Shown here one piece after another: positions 29,275-42,700 of a stretch of DNA of 64,000 nucleotides (the stretch's first letter is position 1; each line of letters begins with the position of its first letter). Origin of the DNA: Octopus vulgaris. Taxonomy: Eukaryota. The notes beneath the pieces are model-generated. The model worked only from the letters and a program-made list of their open reading frames with translations, was not told the origin of the DNA and made no database searches. The stretch lies in assembly GCA_951406725.2 (NCBI GenBank), contig OX597815.1, positions 140,988,001-141,052,000 of the forward strand, given 5' to 3'. The position numbers and the translations under genes are program-made.

Positions 29275-29565
29275 CTTCGGGTATGAATGACCATAGGGGT
29301 TACACCTAGAAAATTATCCTCCAAGGCACAAGTCCGGGTAAGGTTGTTTATTAAAGACTAGCAGTCACCCATACATAACAACTTCCCCCACTGCATGCTA
29401 CGCCAAGGGAAAGGCAAAGGCTGATACAGCTTGGTACCAGTGACGCCGAAACTCATTTAGACAGGTCAGTGAACTGGAACTACTTGAAATAAAGTGTTGC
29501 TCAAGAAACGAACTCACTACCTCATGGCTGAGCGTCCGACACTCTAACCACTGAGCCATGCGACT
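29275..29565 (-). mobile_element. tRNA-derived SINE related to family B, with a different 3' half
   Basis: Minus strand reads GCATGGCTCAGTGGTTAGAGTGTCGG (A box)...GAGTTCG (B box remnant)...TTCTTGAGCAACACTTTATTTCAAG. Confidence 0.65.
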
Positions 29566-29574
29566 TCATATGTT

Positions 29575-29612
<38 letters not shown>

Positions 29613-29614
<2 letters not shown>

Positions 29615-30043
29615 GTTGAAAGAAGAACAGAGAATGTAGATAAGGAAGTTAACAATTATTTATTATTATCAAATTGGTCATCTTCACTTCTTTCAGACGT
29701 TTCAATTAATACTCAATAATTGAATTACAAATTTGTACATTAAATTTTCATTTATGTGACTTGAGCATAATATTATTTCAGAAAAAAAAAAGTACCCTGA
29801 GATGCTATATCTGGACCTATCAATTCTTTTCAGAGTCTGCTGAAATGAATTGATAGGTCCAGATATAACATTTCAAGACACATCTTTTTTTCTGAAATGA
29901 AATTATGCTCATGTCACATAAATGAAAATTTAATGTACAAATTTGTAATTCAATTATTGAATATTAATTAAAAGAAGATGACCAATTTGTTAATAATAAA
30001 AAAAAAAATTAACTTCCTTATCTCCATTTTTTCTTCTTTTAAC
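29613..30043. mobile_element. Fold-back element with arms of about 210 bp and almost no spacer
   Basis: TATATCTGGACCTATCAATTC / GAATTGATAGGTCCAGATATA flank the centre near 29835. Pairing continues outward through AATAATTGAATTACAAATTTGTACATTAAATTTTCATTTATGTGAC to AGATAAGGAAGTTAA / TTAACTTCCTTATCT. Confidence 0.85.
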
Positions 30044-30160
30044 TGGATATAAGCTATATGCTTAATATGCACCTATTGTTTTAAGGAAATTTCATTTCCC
30101 CAAAATACTACGGATTGAACCAGTATTTCGTTGGATGCAACTATTTCTTCACGAGGTCAA

Positions 30161-30240
<80 letters not shown>

Positions 30241-30468
30241 TATAATTGTATGATCCACTACTCGGGGTGTAGTTAGAAAGTTAGCATTGAGTAATCCGTA
30301 GTGAATCTGAAAAAAAAAACCAATTTCAGGAACAATAGTGTTTTATTGAGACGGAGGTTTACCGAAGAACGATGATCTGCAAAAAAGTTCTTTTATTATA
30401 CCTCGGTAAGCAACCCGGGTTGCCGCGTGTGGGAAAAACAATACAAGAGTTACGGAATGGAGTATGGG

Positions 30469-30567
30469 AAATCCGGACTACATATGTTTCATAGCGAGTG
30501 CAACATCAGAAGTTATTTTACCACTTCTGCGCTTCCACTCGCTATGAAACATATGTAGCCCAGATTT
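30469..30567. repeat. Short fold-back with arms of about 45 bp
   Basis: CTACATATGTTTCATAGCGAGTG is the exact reverse complement of CACTCGCTATGAAACATATGTAG. Confidence 0.85.
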
Positions 30568-32180
30568 ACACACACGCATACACGCACATATGTGTGTGTG
30601 TGTTTATAACTTTATATAATATATTGTAGAGTTCGTAGTATTAAAGCGATGATTATTCAATTAATTATTTATAGCAATCAGGTCAGCAAGCAGTTCTTTA
30701 AATGAATAAAGAATTGCATAAATATTCGCTAAATGTAGAACAAAGAATCTAGGAAGACACTTAGGGGTCAGTTGCTTAGATATTTATTATTTATTTTTGA
30801 TGGGTACATACATAAACATGCACATACATCAGGAGAGTAAGACAGATATATAGAATAGTAAAAAATAGATAAACTGGGAGATATTCCTCGTTGATATCCA
30901 CAGGTGGGTATGTGTGTCTCTGTGTGTGAATGTGTACTTGTTTCAGCAGGCGCATGTATATTTCCATATATTCTTCCCTTTACATCTCAGTTTACAGCTT
31001 CTGTTCAATGAATTCCTGCAAAACACAGGGAGTGAAGTAATAAACGGAACTACACGGCTTCATAAATGTATTGCATAATTACATAAGTATGTATAATTTG
31101 TAAATGCATTACGTTGATTATGTAACTTTCTCTATCAAGTGTCTTAGACTTTAAAGCACATATGTTTGCTTATTCCTGTAGATATTCTTAATTGAAATAT
31201 GATGAATATCTAAACATACACGACGTCATGTCCGCCCAAATATTTCCCACTTTTGTAATTAGTCTATTTGTATTAGATAATTTTCGGAAGTCTCATAATT
31301 ACATCCTTAATGAATGGCAAAAAAACAAAAATGTACTAAAGCTGTGTTTTGCCTTTAAACTTTCTGCTATTTACGTTGAATCTGTACTCTTTCTAAGTAT
31401 TTATAACTGTGATAATACCAACGTCGCCATACGATTTCCTTTAAGGTGTTATTCTAATATCTGAAACACAGATCTAACATCAAATTCTCTACATCAGTAC
31501 AATTCGCGCTGAATTGTAACGACGTTCTTGAGTTAATTTAACTCTATATGTTTTCTTGTCGTTTTACTCCACAAAATTACATCAATGTACAGTATTTTAC
31601 TTGAAAAATTGTATGCTATTAAATTAGAAAAAAAGGCGAATAGGCTGAAACATTTCATCGGGACACGCGGAGAATTTGGGTGACGGTATCATTTCTCACT
31701 TCTGAAGGTAAAACATAAACTGTTTATCCCATTTATACTGCATTTCTTCGCCTCTTTTTCAGGTGCCTGTCTAAACTAACACACCATTTATAATCAATGC
31801 ATTTCAATTTCTTAAGCAAACACAGTAATGCGCATCAGAGCAAAATTTCTGACGTTTTCTTCACATCTTATATTTCAGCTCAATCCATGACAATCGCGTC
31901 ATTATTATACTGCTACAGTTCGATCAACGTATTAAAGAATATATTTAAACTGCATACCTCAATGCTCGATGCAGCTGCTAAGCTGCCTCCCGATATCTTA
32001 AAATTGCCAGGTTCCCGCAAATAGTATCTTATATTCTCAGAAAAATAAAAGACATAAATAATATATTAATGGATATAAAACAAATAACATGCGATACTTA
32101 TGGCTGGGATATACTTGGTCTAATGTTTGCATGATCAGACCTGTATTAGTACAAAATAATTACTACGAGATGAAGGAGAA

Positions 32181-32273
32181 AAAGAAGAAGAAGAAGAAGA
32201 AGAAGAAGAAGAAGAAGAAGAAGAAGAAGAAGAAGAAGAAGAAGAAGAAGAAGAAGAAGAAGAAGAAGAAGAA
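32181..32273. repeat. (AAG)n microsatellite
   Basis: Read directly from the sequence. Confidence 0.95.
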
Positions 32274-32452
32274 AGACAACAACAACAACAACATCTGTAG
32301 CACCAGCAAAAATAACAGCAACACCTAAAACTTGAATCACCTAAAATAAATGCATTTATTGCAATGACACATGTGGATATGAACAAAACTGATCGTGGAA
32401 GTTACGTTTATGAATTTCGTTCGTAAATGGGAAACAATGTGTTGAAACAGAT

Positions 32453-32747
32453 ATTATTATATTTCAGGACGGTCATTTTTCTTGCCAAATAAACACACGC
32501 ACAATATACTCGTTCTCTACATCTTTATTATTGTTCTTATTTCATGATAATTATCTCGAAATCTTTCGTCACACACCTGTGACTTATTCAATGACTTTTC
32601 ACTCCACGTCTGTTATGTGGCAGGGAAAGTCGCTGAAGATTTCACAGGTGAGTGACGAAAGTGTTCCACACAATGGACATAAAATAAGAACAATAAGAAA
32701 CAAATGAGAAACGAATGTAAGGTGCCATTCCGAAATATAACGATAAT
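32453..32747. mobile_element. Diverged fold-back element with two divergently oriented hammerhead-like motifs
   Basis: Arm pairs CTTTCGTCACACACCTGTGA / TCACAGGTGAGTGACGAAAG, TTATTGTTCTTATTT / AAATAAGAACAATAA and TATATTTC / GAAATATA. Confidence 0.7.
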
Positions 32748-35004
32748 TCCGGAAGCATAATGAAAAAAATCGGAAGCCATTCGATATTTCCTAATCTCAT
32801 ATAACCTGACTTTAATTCATTTTACTTAATTGGGAATATCTAGAGATGATTAAATATTTGTAGTTATAGGCCATTATCATAAAGGTAGTAGCTCAACAGA
32901 AACGTTGACCTGTCAGACAATGTCATATGGTATTTAGTTACGGTTTCTTAAATTTGGAATTCATATCCCTTCAACATCAGTTATGTTTTTCAACCCTTTC
33001 GAGATCGATAAAACAAAGTAGTAATAGAGTACTGCCATCAATTTAATAGCCTGAAGCTCTCACTAAGTTTTACTATCTTGTCTCTTTATAAGAAGACAGC
33101 TATAGCACGAGCTCTCTTTTTTAAATGAAACTTTTCCTTGTGCAACTTAAAAAGAATTCTATATTCTATATCCGTACAGATTTAACACAAAGTTGAAAGT
33201 GCTCCACAACTGTGTCCACAGGGAGATCCTGGTTCTATCGTTAACTAATATTAGGCTTCCATCTAATAATTTTTAAGTGGAGTAATTGATAACATACATT
33301 TGTACTAAATAAAAGTTACATGTATGTCAAGTTCTAAAGTGGCATTCTACACACTACTAATGGGTCAGACATATGAGTATGAGAAAATATATTTGCAATG
33401 GTTCGTATTCAAAGTAAAAGTTATGAACTATCTTATTGTTAAATTAGTTTGAGTCATAATAAAACTTCCTTTAATACCACAGTTATGAAATAGTTGTTCA
33501 AATGTTTAGTTCTTTCTTTAACCATCATAGCTACGATTATACTGGAGCAACAAGTCTGGGTATGAAGGAAACTAAGAATTTCAGGATTAATCTACATAAT
33601 GACCCAACTATATCGATGTCCCTTAATGTACTAAATATTATACAATAAGTAACATTATTTAGCTTAATTATATTGGGAAAAGAATCGAATAGCGAAATCG
33701 AGAAATTGCAAAAGTACATCAGCTATAATCGTATGTATACGTATGAATGTAAGGGTTATAGCGACCTATTATAATATCATATATTAAAATATAATAAAGC
33801 TATAATAACGGCAGAATATTGGACAAAAATTAATACATTGCATTGTGGTCTAATATTATTCTTGAATAATTATTTTTATTGGATATCGACTTAGAACGTA
33901 TATGACACACAGAAAGTCCCAAGTGAAGAATTCTCGCTTTTAGGTAGTCTGTGTCCAAAAACACCAACAATCATTTCAAGGCACCTTCTTGGCTATCATC
34001 AGTAAGGCATATAACTCTGAAATGACATTTTCAACCTTAGTTTTCTCATAGGAAATCAGTATGAAGACAATCTGATTACGTGCAGCGCCAGCCTAGGCTA
34101 CAAAGAAATATTTTATTAGGCACGTGCAAATAGTATTGCAAGTAAACAAACATTTAGGTCAGTTGAATTATGTTTCGCAAAATTCTTGAAAGGGAAACTG
34201 TAACAGACTGAAAGCGTTGAATATTAATTTACAAAGTTCATTGTTCCAAGCTAGCTACAAACAATTAAGAAGAAAATGTAAAAATCAAAAATAAAACAGA
34301 TAAAGCTTGAACACAGTAATTTATGAAACACACACACACAAATATACATACATGTGTATATATGCATATATATATATGTGTGTGTGTGTGTGTATGTGTG
34401 TATGTGTACATATGTATATATATATGTATACATAAATATATAATATATATACATATGTAGATATATATAAATATATATATATATGTACATACATACAGAC
34501 ACACACACGCAAACACACACACACACACATATATATATACAGGCACCAACGCCGTTCTGTACAAACAGCGCAGCTCGGAGCTAGGTTAATAAAAAGCAAA
34601 TAAGTAACAATGGGATTTCCAAGTATCAGTGCAGTACGGCCGTTTCAAGTGGCTCCATTTAATCCACCAATAAATACATTACATCAATTTCAAATAAACC
34701 GCTGTCTTCGGAAGCAGACGACCATATTTACTAGCATGAAGGATAAACCATTATTTTTGCAGCAAAATTATATCAGTACAAGAGACTAAAATAATTACTT
34801 TATTTCAATTTGCTATTTTTGTGGCAGAACGAATTTATTGAAATAATTTATACCTATAGCCTACTACAATTTAGGGTAGCAAAGGAAAATAATGGGTGTC
34901 AAGAAAGAGGAATGATGATATCGCTTCATTTGTACGTATGTTTATCACATTCATAAGACTTAATGCAGCCCTGTTCAGGGCTGCATATGTTCCATAACGT
35001 AAGT

Positions 35005-35169
35005 AATAGTATTAATAATGATAGCGAGAGAGGAGATTTTTCACATCCGTAATTTTATTTACCAGTTGTTTACAGCGTCTTTTCGGGACACGTAAATATA
35101 CTGTAAGTAACTGTTAAATAAAATCATGATATTAAAAAAATCTCCGTTCTTCTGATCATTATTAATACT
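35005..35169. repeat. Diverged fold-back of about 165 bp
   Basis: Arm pairs AGTATTAATAATGAT / ATCATTATTAATACT, GGAGATTTTT / AAAAATCTCC and TTTTATTTACCAGTTGTTTACAG / CTGTAAGTAACTGTTAAATAAAA. Confidence 0.7.
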
Positions 35170-36059
35170 GTGTGTGTATGTGTATGTGTGTGTGTATGTT
35201 CAGGTGTGTGTAAATGCAAGATCCGAGGATCAAGGTGTAGGAAGATAATATGCTTCGAGCAGGCTGTAGAAGCTATATAAACAACTTTGAGGGCCAATAG
35301 TTGCTTATTGACGTAGAATGTTGTAAATGTTTCCCCTATCGAAGTTCAATAAGATGAAAAAATTCCTTAATTAGGAAATAACCGCACTGGCATCTCGTTT
35401 AATCAGTGTTTGGTCAAAATATTATACTGTCACGGGTACACAAATTATAATTCTTTGTTTCTTTTACCGCGACACAATACATGATGTAAGCAGCAGTTCG
35501 ACGAACCGGTATAAACAATTCGCATATTCACACACTTCTTTTCTCTACCAAATTTCATTAGCAGACTTTTAACAACTCAGACTATAGTAAAATTGTACTA
35601 CCTAAAATAAGCCTTGAAGTGACATTCAATACCAGGTTTGGTGAATGCTAATTGAACTTCGTAAACAGTCGCCTATGTCAGTGTGAACAGCCTGTACTGT
35701 TCTGGAAATATTACTACATTATTTATGATAATGTATCTGGTGTTTTGTTTCACAATGTTTATTTCAAAAATATAAATAAATAAATGAATAAAAAAACTCT
35801 CCCATTACCTCAATCACAGCATATAAACAAATAACGATATGCACATATGTACGTCAAAAATATTTCTATTTATAGAAGTCCATTGCTAGTGTACGTATGC
35901 ATTTCTGTAATCATTGCAAATATATATATATATACATTCATAATGTAACAAACAAAGGGGGAAAACTAACACACATGCGTATAGAAGTATCATTATATTT
36001 GTGTATATTTATACATACATACCTACATGTATGCATACATGTACATATGCACACACATA

Positions 36060-36119
<60 letters not shown>

Positions 36120-36674
36120 TATTATTGGTATACGCTTCATGTATGCTGGTATGCTCACAATGTGCATATATGCGAAACTGTTTCCTGGGCAAATTGATTC
36201 TAATTTCGAAGTTGGCAAATACGAGGTGAAGTGAATCTAACTGAAATGTCAGTGGAATTCTGTTATAAATGTTTTAACAGATATTATCAGCGTGAAGTCA
36301 ATTGTATTTTAGCAACGTATTCGAACAGTCTTGTTCTTTCTCTTAGCGTTAGTAATATTATCTTTTTCTCTTCTACGCTTCTGTACCCTGATCACTTTGC
36401 TAACTCTCTTCTCACTAATTTCTTTCTTCTTGTCTTTCTCTCTTCCAAATATTCTTGCTAGTTACAACTACATGTAGATTCCACCTGTTCAAATATTTAT
36501 ATTCATATTTGCGGTACACCAAGTGTATGTATATCATATATATGTATGATTGTACGTGTGCTCAAATGTACACGCATGTGCTTAAATATCTATGTCGGTA
36601 TGTATTTATACACATACGCACACATATACACATACATGTACATATCACCATACATTACACATATAAATATTCAT

Positions 36675-36709
<35 letters not shown>

Positions 36710-39700
36710 TGTGTGTACGTACGCGTATTTTTGTTTTGTGTGTGTGTGTGTGTGTAGAATATTAATATTTTCACCAATGACGTTCATAGAAACTGATGAG
36801 GTTTTGATTGGTAAGAAAGAACCAGTCTTTGGTGTGTATTATTATAGATGTGCAACGTAGCTAGGATTTTCTTGCCAACATTCAAAGTATGTTTATAATG
36901 AGAAATGATTACTTTCAACTGGTGATAGGGAATGAAGTCTGATTTTCTTATTCATAATATAGAAATACATTTTCTACCAGTCATATTTCGAATAAATTTC
37001 ATTTACATTCTTATGGACTTTTGGTAGAATAGTTCAAATTTTGCCTTCTCTTGATTGAATGCTTAAAATTGTTATTTGCTTGTCAATGTGATGGAAAGGG
37101 AGGTATTTCGACTTCAGTTAAAATTTAGCACTCTACATTAGATTTATGAACTACACATTTCTCTGTCAACTTTATTAACCTTCGATCTAAAACACAGTGT
37201 GACGGATTTAATCAAGTTAAAGATTAGTGTTCTTTCCTGTTACTGCTTTAATGTGTCATCTATTGACGCATGTATCGATAACTTTACATCACAATGGTAC
37301 ATCAGTTAACGGACAATTTTCTGATTTTAAAGGTATGCAGTACAAAGTGACGTTACTAAAATTTACATATAAATCTCAAAATGCATGTCAATAAGGAAAT
37401 GAAATACAGATGTGTTCGTTCGATATTCATTCACAGTATGGTTTACATCAGTCGCTAGATAATTGTATCTGACTTCTTTTATGGTAAAATGTAGAAACCA
37501 GATATTCTACTCGATAAAAACGAGTTGGGAAATGAAACATTCCTGTGGTCTCATGCAACATTCTTCCTTTAAAAATATTAGCGTCTGCTTCCACAAGGGG
37601 AGCTCTACACACACATACACACATAAAAACACACACATACACAAACACTCACAGATGCACACACAAACAGAGAAACACACTTTACTGGACAGTTTACGAA
37701 CGGTGTTTCCGCATGAAAAAGTTTTACTATATAAATTCTAGATTTTGTTTTTACGAGATGATTTGCTCGAGAAGGAAAATTATAATTTCAAATACGCTTC
37801 GCAGCCGTTTAATCTTTAAAGTAGGCTCTCCTATGCATTTATATTTCATATAATTGAATAAGCAAATTATTTTATATAACAATGTTACTTCTGTCATTTC
37901 CGAAACAAGGGCTGCAACATTTATCTGTGTACCTTGTGCCTCTTATGTTCTTTTTGATAATGAAATATGCTGGTCGATATTTTCGGGAAGTAATTATTTT
38001 TACTCATATCGAATAAAAAAGTTTATTTTAAAAGAAGAGAAAATGTTTTAAATAACAGATATAAACATAAATTTACAGAAGTTTTCTTTTCCCAGAAAGT
38101 GTCTAACGCTGTTGTTATTCAGGTTTTACTGTGACTGTTATTGTTCTTGTAAATGGCCCTGCTTTTTTTTTTTTTTTGTCAGTCTAATTATTTTCATCCA
38201 CAGAGATTTTCAGAAATTCAAAGGTAATGGCTTTTCTAGGGTATTTTTGTTAAGTAATTTTCTTCATTTCTTCTAGTCTTTCATATTTCATTGTAGGATT
38301 TCACGCAAGTGTACAGATTCGTTTCGCTAGATTAATATGGAATGTTACTTGGAATGCATTTCGGACGACATAATGTAAAAATAAAATATTTTAGTGGGTC
38401 GTCGATTTAAAAATATATGACTGTATCAAGTACTGTATTTCATTTGTTGTTATTAATATATCTACAAAGTGTGGTTTATCGACATTGAACTCTATGTTAG
38501 ACTGAACATGAGGGATTATGCTCTTGATAGGATTCTGGAATTGACGCAACCTGTCAATATTTCCCTTGAGAGAATGAAACGAACGACTAAAAATTCCAAG
38601 CAGTTATCTTTGAAATAGCACCTGAATTTACCGCCAAAGTTTGTCATGGTTTTGTACAGATTTTTAGACCGTGTTATCTCATGGTTAAGCTAGCATGTGT
38701 TGGAGCAACATATTTCGAATTCCGCAATTTTCGGTAGGCTGCATTACTGAGATTAATATAGTTTGTTTGCGAGAATGAATATGAAGCTATCTATAAGAAA
38801 TTATATAATTAATAGCGACAGAAGCAGTATTAATTCGAAAGGGTAATCTTGTTATCCGACTTAATGAAGACGTTGTATTAGAACACAGAATACCGCGTTA
38901 TTTACCTTGAGAAGATCTCTCATGATAACACGTGGTGCATAAAAGCCGCGTCATTATATCGCTGACAGGTGGAAATTGTCTGCTACGGCCGCCGAAACTC
39001 CGCATCACATGATTTCGTCATACTATGGTTTACTCAAAGACAGTTGTTAATCAGTGGCATAAGAACAGGATCTACCTTCAATGCTATATAAAATATCAGT
39101 ATCTATTCAGGCTCTCATGTCGCAAATAACCACTGGGCTTATTAGCAAATAACTTAGTGTGCCAAAGGTAGTTTTAATGCCAAAAAGTAATTTTGATCGC
39201 CAATTTAACACTTATGCTTTTATGAACTGTACTTATCTCCATCACCACTATTAAACTTCATTCTAAAGCATAGTGTTCTGTCTTTCAATATGTTGAAGAT
39301 GAAAATCGTCTCCTACGCCCAGCGATATTGCCAGATCATGTGATATCCCCTTGATATGGGTTCAATGGTCTGGTAGTTCGTAATGAAATATGTCTAGCCG
39401 GCGTTCTATTGCTTCGATTCAATAATTTTGTGGAATTTTGCTATATAGATTTACATCAAATGTGGTAATACCCGTAATTTCATTTATTGTATTCGGAAGA
39501 ATGTTGATTGGGTAAGGGATACTGATAACAATTTGAACGAGACTTTTTCTGAAGGCGACGTTACCGATCTGGTTGTGTCATGTAACATAAACTTTACATG
39601 CATAATTATAAGATGTAGTTTTAGTGGGTGCTGGTAAGCTAAAGTGATAATTGGAAAGAAATACTTCCACTTTGGTAAAACAGGAATTGCCTACCATACA

Positions 39701-42700
39701 GTTTTGTATGAGCAAGCTAAGGTAAACATTCAAGACAATGATCTGATGTTCATTAATGGAGGATATAATTGCTGATTCTATCCTATCTTCAGGCTGTTGC
39801 AGTGTGAGAAGTTACTCCGATGAATTAGTGAGAAATTTCAGACTCCGTGAGAATAGATACTATTAATGATGCTCCATGTAATACTGGGGGAATATCTTAA
39901 TTTCATTCTGTAATAACAAGAAAAATCTGAAGTGAGAGGTGCAATATTCCCAGCCCCTATACATGGAGAAAGGCAAATGTTGCATGAATGTTCTACTTCA
40001 TGCATTATTCTCACGCATTGTATGTTACTGATAACGCTATCGCCGTATCGTGATTAACTGCGTAAATGCAGTCGGAGTGGTAGCTGTTTATATGGATATA
40101 AAGAGTTTGCTAGAATTTTGTATGTATAGTATTCTTTTAATTTGGAGTAAATTTGGCATTCAGTACATCGACTGTGGTTACTTTACTTATGTCGCTTATG
40201 TCGAATGTACTTCTTTCTCTCATTCAATTATACCCGTTCATATGGCTTCAGATTGGTGATCAGTTAGAACTGTGAGATGAGATTAAGGCTTTTGTTTTTA
40301 CGATATGCTGTATCAGTAATCCGACGATGCCAGTAACTTTGGCTACATGGAGAAGTGTATTTGCGCTCTGATATCCAAGTCGCTGATTTAACTCAAAAAT
40401 CTCTCAAAATCAATAGTTTTCATGCAGAGGGAATTCTATACATAATGGAAGGAATTGACAGTATAAAAGCAGATCATTTTACCGGCTGTTTTATTTTCTA
40501 TACCCCCGAGTTGTTTTGGTAGCAGTAGCGTTTCAAATCTATCGTATATCTGTGGCTCTAAATAATGTCAGTGTCGACATCAACAAGTATAGGTTTAGAG
40601 ATAGTGTCTGTTTTGCTATTAGAGCCATTGACTAGCTTACATGTAGATCTGGAGAGAAAACTTCGGTTTGGTTCTAAAAAGCGAGACAGAGGAGAGGTTT
40701 ATCCAGGCGGTCCACATGGTCTGTCTTTAGAAGAGTAGTTAAATCTTTTGTTTCGCTGTGAAAGTTGGCATATGCCTGGAGTAAGAAGTATTAGTGTGCG
40801 GTGAAGCTATTTCTTAAGGTAGCTTCTTTGTTTGTCAACGAGGATTTGTAGGTTGATCGATTAATGGAAGTGTAACATGTAATCAGTTAACAAATTTAGA
40901 AACAGGTTACAATGAAGGCTACAGAAAACTGACCTTGTCTATGATGTTTATAAAATTCTTTTCCAAGTTGTTAACGTCCTTTATCTCAAGAGAACATTCT
41001 TATGATTTGAGAATTAATTTATCTGCTGATTTACTAGTTCATCTCGAATAAGTGGTCTTCCCAGGAAATTGCTTCTGGTTTCTCAATAAGCCATGTTAAA
41101 TAGTGTTTTGTTGATGGTATTTGGACCAATAGATATTGTCTCTACAACTTAAACCCTTTCTTCGCATATTGGTATGTAAAGTATAAATGTGTGTGATCTC
41201 CCTCTTTTTAATGAAGCTGTATGTAACTGCTGCCAATATGTATAGATGGGAGTAAGTATAATACCGATATGATGCGTTGATGTGTTCTCACGTATAAGTT
41301 GTATTAGTGGTGCTGTTGTTTGCGTCACACAATTGTGTGCAAGTATTTATACACGTCTGATGGTAATGGCGTAAACAAATATTTGTGATAAGGCACTAAT
41401 AAGCAGTTATAGATTTCCTTTGGTATACTGTTTTACTATTCCAAAATTGATATTATCAGACTTCCCAATAATTCAATAATTGACATTTAAGTTGTTTCAT
41501 GTGTAGACAAATTTTAAAACAATAAATCAAAATGTAGTAAGTTTTGCGTAATTTATTCTCATTAATGGGAAGATACAAAACATTATCTGTCTTATCTTCA
41601 TATAAAACCGTTTTTGCACTCACTCTCTCTATCTCTCTCTCTCAATATATGACTAATATTATTAGTACATACATTATTTATCTCAAAATATCATTGATTT
41701 TCGTCAAATAACATAGACATCAGCAGCAATATCTGAAATTCACCTTCATCAACATCGTTTCCTCTAGTCTACTTCTCCTCCGTTCCTGTCTCTTCTTTTT
41801 CATTCTCTTCTTTCTCCGCATCAACTGAACATTATTATCAGTGCCACATCAACTACCACCACAACCGTACCACCGCCACCGCCGCTGCCGGCATCGACGT
41901 CGTCATCATCATCATCAGTTTGTCCTTCATTACGTATGTGCAATCTTTGATTTGAACCGCTGTCTTATAAAACTATTTTCGAAGCGTTACCCGCTATTCC
42001 CAAGGCCTTATTTTGTTCGACTGTTTGTCCTTGTCCACCGTCCTAAATCATACTCTGTTGCTTGTTTTGTTTTGTTTTGTTTGCTCTTGTCCCTAACGCT
42101 ATGCAAGAAAACACCTTTTTGCGAGCACCGCCAGTTGGGAAGCATTCAGTCTTATTGTTTATTAGCCATATACATAGTCTGCAGGCAGACATTCAATAGT
42201 CGGCAGTTCAGAAACAAAGCCACTTCATCTTCCAAATCCTCCTCCTGCAGCTCCTCTTCCTCCTGTACCTCATCCCCTCCTACTCTTCTTCCTGCATCTC
42301 CTCCACCACTACCACCACCACCACCACCACCACCACCACCACCACCACCACCACCACCAACAACATCAACATCATCATCATCAACAGTAGCACTTAGCAC
42401 TAGTTTTCTCCTTTTCTTCTTTCTTCATGCCCTGTTTTTCGTATTCCACATTCCTTCGCAGTCACTCACCATATTTCGAAAGACACACGCGTGCCACACA
42501 CTCTAGAATGTTTCTGACTTGAACTCTGAATAAAATAGTGAAAAAGATATATTTGTATGTTTGTACTAACAATAAAATTGAACAACATTTGTCCTTTGTG
42601 GGATCGGCCACTTCATCTTGTTTAACGCTGAAAAATCTCCTTGATTTTCATTATATCTTTGTAATAAAGAAATAAAATAGATTATAATTAAAACATAAAT

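Noticed and set aside
36790-36830. CTGATGA...GAAA...GTC as a hammerhead
   Set aside because: Stems II and III do not pair convincingly.
41841-42506. 221-aa His/Pro/Ser-rich ORF
   Set aside because: It starts at GTG, is held open by triplet repeats and has no recognisable domain.
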